From: a virus
Taxonomy: Duplodnaviria > Caudoviricetes
IMG/VR virus record: IMGVR_UViG_3300044676_001128
Span: 1-37,861 of that record
DNA length: 37,861 nt
Strand: one strand, 5' to 3'
The notes below the pieces were generated by a model. That model was not told where the DNA came from and did no database searches. It saw only the letters and a program-made list of their open reading frames with translations. Position 1 is the stretch's first letter. The number at the start of each line of letters is the position of its first letter. Positions 35,777 to 37,861 of this stretch are shown here, one piece after another. A program made the position numbers and the translations under genes.

Positions 35777-36223
35777 TTAAAACTCCTGTACTGCGTTTAG
35801 TAGTGGTGTTCCTGCATTAACAAATAACAAAGATACTACATCTGTTTTATCTACTGTTGCTGTCATTGTATATCCTGCTGCTGCTGCAGTCTTAGCTGTT
35901 AAATCTTCTCCACCATTAACTGTTATAGCATTTATAGCTACAGTAAATGATGATGAACTATCTTGTGTAATGATTAATGTTATTGCACAACTACCTGCGG
36001 CAGGTACATTTGTAAAGTCTATGTCTGTAATACTTTCTGTAAGGGTAATAGTCGCAACATTTCCTGATAGTACATCTATAGCTAGTACTCCTGATGAGCT
36101 TGTTACTGCTTGTACTTTTTCATTGTAGTTAGGAAGAAGTAAGCCATCTGTATTAGAATACTCTGCTAATCCATCTGTATCTCCACCTGTATTTGTTGCG
36201 TGTACTGGTCTAAATTCTGCCAT
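35777..36223 (-). CDS. Tail fibre subunit, paralogous to the C-terminus of 36495-37769
   Basis: Shared SSSGV.AID, TDIDFTNVP, TVAINAITVNGG, TAKTA, AGTP blocks. Confidence 0.65.
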   Translation of the reverse strand: MAEFRPVHATNTGGDTDGLAEYSNTDGLLLPNYNEKVQAVTSSSGVLAIDVLSGNVATITLTESITDIDFTNVPAAGSCAITLIITQDSSSSFTVAINAITVNGGEDLTAKTAAAAGYTMTATVDKTDVVSLLFVNAGTPLLNAVQEF

Positions 36224-36231
36224 GCTTTTCC

Positions 36232-36495
36232 TTAATTAATTAAATTTATATTATCTACTGTACCATCATACTTGGTAAAACTCAATATTCCCCCCATTGT
36301 AGAAATATTATCTGTTGTACCATCATATTCTGTAAAACTTAAAGTGTTGTTAGCTACTGTAATATTGTCTGCACTACCGCTAGCTAATATAAATTTAAGT
36401 ACATCTGTTATGTTTATATCTTCGTCAATAGGTTTATTACCAATAGTATCAATGCCTAAACTTCCACCTTCTTTAAGCATTAATAACATTGACAT
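36232..36495 (-). CDS. Small tail protein with three 19-20-aa repeats
   Basis: LKFILASGSADNI / LSFTEYDGTTDNI / LSFTKYDGTVDNI. Confidence 0.65.
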   Translation of the reverse strand: MSMLLMLKEGGSLGIDTIGNKPIDEDINITDVLKFILASGSADNITVANNTLSFTEYDGTTDNISTMGGILSFTKYDGTVDNINLIN

Positions 36496-37769
36496 TAACT
36501 CATCTCCTGTTGTGCTGTAAGGTATGGAGTACCTGCGTCAAAGAATAAAAAGAATAATAAATCTTCTGCACTTAATGTAGCTGTCATTGTAAAACCACTT
36601 GCACCTGCTGTCTTTGCAGTTACATCTGAACCACCATTTACAGTAATAGCATTAATTGCAACTGTGTATGCTGATGAAGCGTCTTGTGTTACTTTGACTG
36701 TAAAAGAAGATACACCATTTGTTGGTACATTTGTAAAGTCTATATCAGTAACATTCTCGGTAAGCGTTAATGAACCTGTATTACCATTAGCTAAATCTAT
36801 TGCAACAACTCCTGATGATGAAGAAAGCATGACATCTTTTTCTACATAATTTTGTAAATTATTAGTAGTCAATGTTAATTGACCTTCTCCACCCATACCT
36901 GAATGTGCTGTACAATAGTAATATAATTTAGGTGTATTATCATCATTTCTTCCAACTGTTTCTGGAGTAATCTCTATTTGAGTATATGCACCTGCACTAC
37001 CAGGAGTTCCATTAGTAGTTACATTAGTAGTAAATTCAGAACCTGAATTATGAGTACCATCTTTTGTAAGAGAAAATCTAAAAGGGTGTCCTGTGTTAGA
37101 GCTATCTGCTTGGTCAAATTTATACTTAAAACCTACTTTTAAATCTACTGCAATTTCTCTAGTACCTGCACCACTATCTGAACCTGATAAAAAGTAAAAT
37201 ACATTTTGGCTACCTGAACCATCATCTGCAACTTTTAGTGTAATACTTATTGTTTGTGATGCTGTACCTGCAGTAATACCATCAATCTGTGATTGTATAT
37301 TAGAACTTGCATTATTTAAAAACTGAAACTCTGTGTTACTAACACTTTTATCTGCTATGACTGCAGCATCTATAGTATTAGTACTATCAGAAATTGTTTT
37401 GTTTGTAAAACTTGTAGTTGAACTAGCTGTAGGTAAGTCATCAACTCTATCGTGTACATCTTCAAACATTTCTTTTATGACTGCCATACGAACTACAGTT
37501 CCATCTACATGAGTAGGGTCAGTTGTATGTCTACCTTCTACATCTCTAGTCATCACAGATACTGTTGTACCTGATGCTGCTGTTACCAAAACTACTTCTC
37601 TGTTAGAAGCATTGTCAGGGTCTATAACTAAATAATATGGTGCAGCAATATTTGATGTACCTTCTGATGTAGGTGCTGCTGTAAGTGTCATAGATGTTGC
37701 TCCTGATGCAAGAATACCATTTAAAGTACTCTCGTAAAAGTTACTAAATTTTACTTCTTGTGCTGTCAA
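36495..37769 (-). CDS. Tail fibre/virion protein with cupredoxin-like domain
   Basis: TTG start with GGAG RBS; YKFDQADSSNTGHPFRFS...LYYYCTAHSGMGG. Confidence 0.7.
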   Translation of the reverse strand: MTAQEVKFSNFYESTLNGILASGATSMTLTAAPTSEGTSNIAAPYYLVIDPDNASNREVVLVTAASGTTVSVMTRDVEGRHTTDPTHVDGTVVRMAVIKEMFEDVHDRVDDLPTASSTTSFTNKTISDSTNTIDAAVIADKSVSNTEFQFLNNASSNIQSQIDGITAGTASQTISITLKVADDGSGSQNVFYFLSGSDSGAGTREIAVDLKVGFKYKFDQADSSNTGHPFRFSLTKDGTHNSGSEFTTNVTTNGTPGSAGAYTQIEITPETVGRNDDNTPKLYYYCTAHSGMGGEGQLTLTTNNLQNYVEKDVMLSSSSGVVAIDLANGNTGSLTLTENVTDIDFTNVPTNGVSSFTVKVTQDASSAYTVAINAITVNGGSDVTAKTAGASGFTMTATLSAEDLLFFLFFDAGTPYLTAQQEMS

Positions 37770-37861
37770 TTAAGCTCCAAATCTCATTAATCCTAATGCG
37801 TTAATACCAAACACTTCGGTACTTGTCACATCTGTGATAGTAGGTTGTCTAGTTCCACGCA
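37770..37861 (-). CDS. 3' end of a structural gene truncated by window edge
   Basis: Open frame ...RGTRQPTITDVTSTEVFGINALGLMRFGA* ending immediately before the next start. Confidence 0.6.
   Translation of the reverse strand, partial: RGTRQPTITDVTSTEVFGINALGLMRFGA

Noticed and set aside
35777-36850. Diversity-generating retroelement template/variable repeat pair
   Set aside because: No reverse transcriptase; differences are not adenine-specific and both copies are coding.

Overview
The window is most of a low-GC (roughly one-third G+C by eye) tailed dsDNA phage genome with podovirus-like architecture. Gene families and leaderless promoters suggest a low-GC aquatic actinobacterial host such as Ca. 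Actinomarina (inference). Two arms diverge from a ~3 kb control region (21.0-23.9 kb). The minus-strand late arm carries a PD-(D/E)XK nuclease, a SET-domain protein, Lys/Arg-rich small proteins, terminase, portal, a 2234-aa internal virion protein, a virion lysozyme, scaffold, DUF5309-type capsid and tail adaptor. It appears to continue at the right end with tail fibre and glycine-rich genes, an acidic surface protein, a DUF5675 peptidase and a holin. The plus-strand early arm carries many Zn-binding microproteins, a MoxR/CobS-like AAA ATPase with a VWA partner, a metallophosphoesterase and a Rad52-like Sak. No DNA polymerase, primase, helicase, integrase, tRNA or CRISPR array was recognised. 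The most striking signals are non-coding. (1) 23350-23857 is a chain of seven stem-loops whose non-Watson-Crick pairs are G-U on the + strand, mostly joined by shared AGCT palindromes, with variable loops that in several cases read as antisense to an RBS plus start codon; this is a candidate phage small/guide RNA array. (2) A ~370-nt pseudoknotted RNA with its own promoter and terminator (21065-21438) lies divergent from the nuclease gene. Also notable are a split SLOG domain in the giant virion protein and a SET methyltransferase beside basic proteins. All calls are from manual reading; no searches or folding programs were run.
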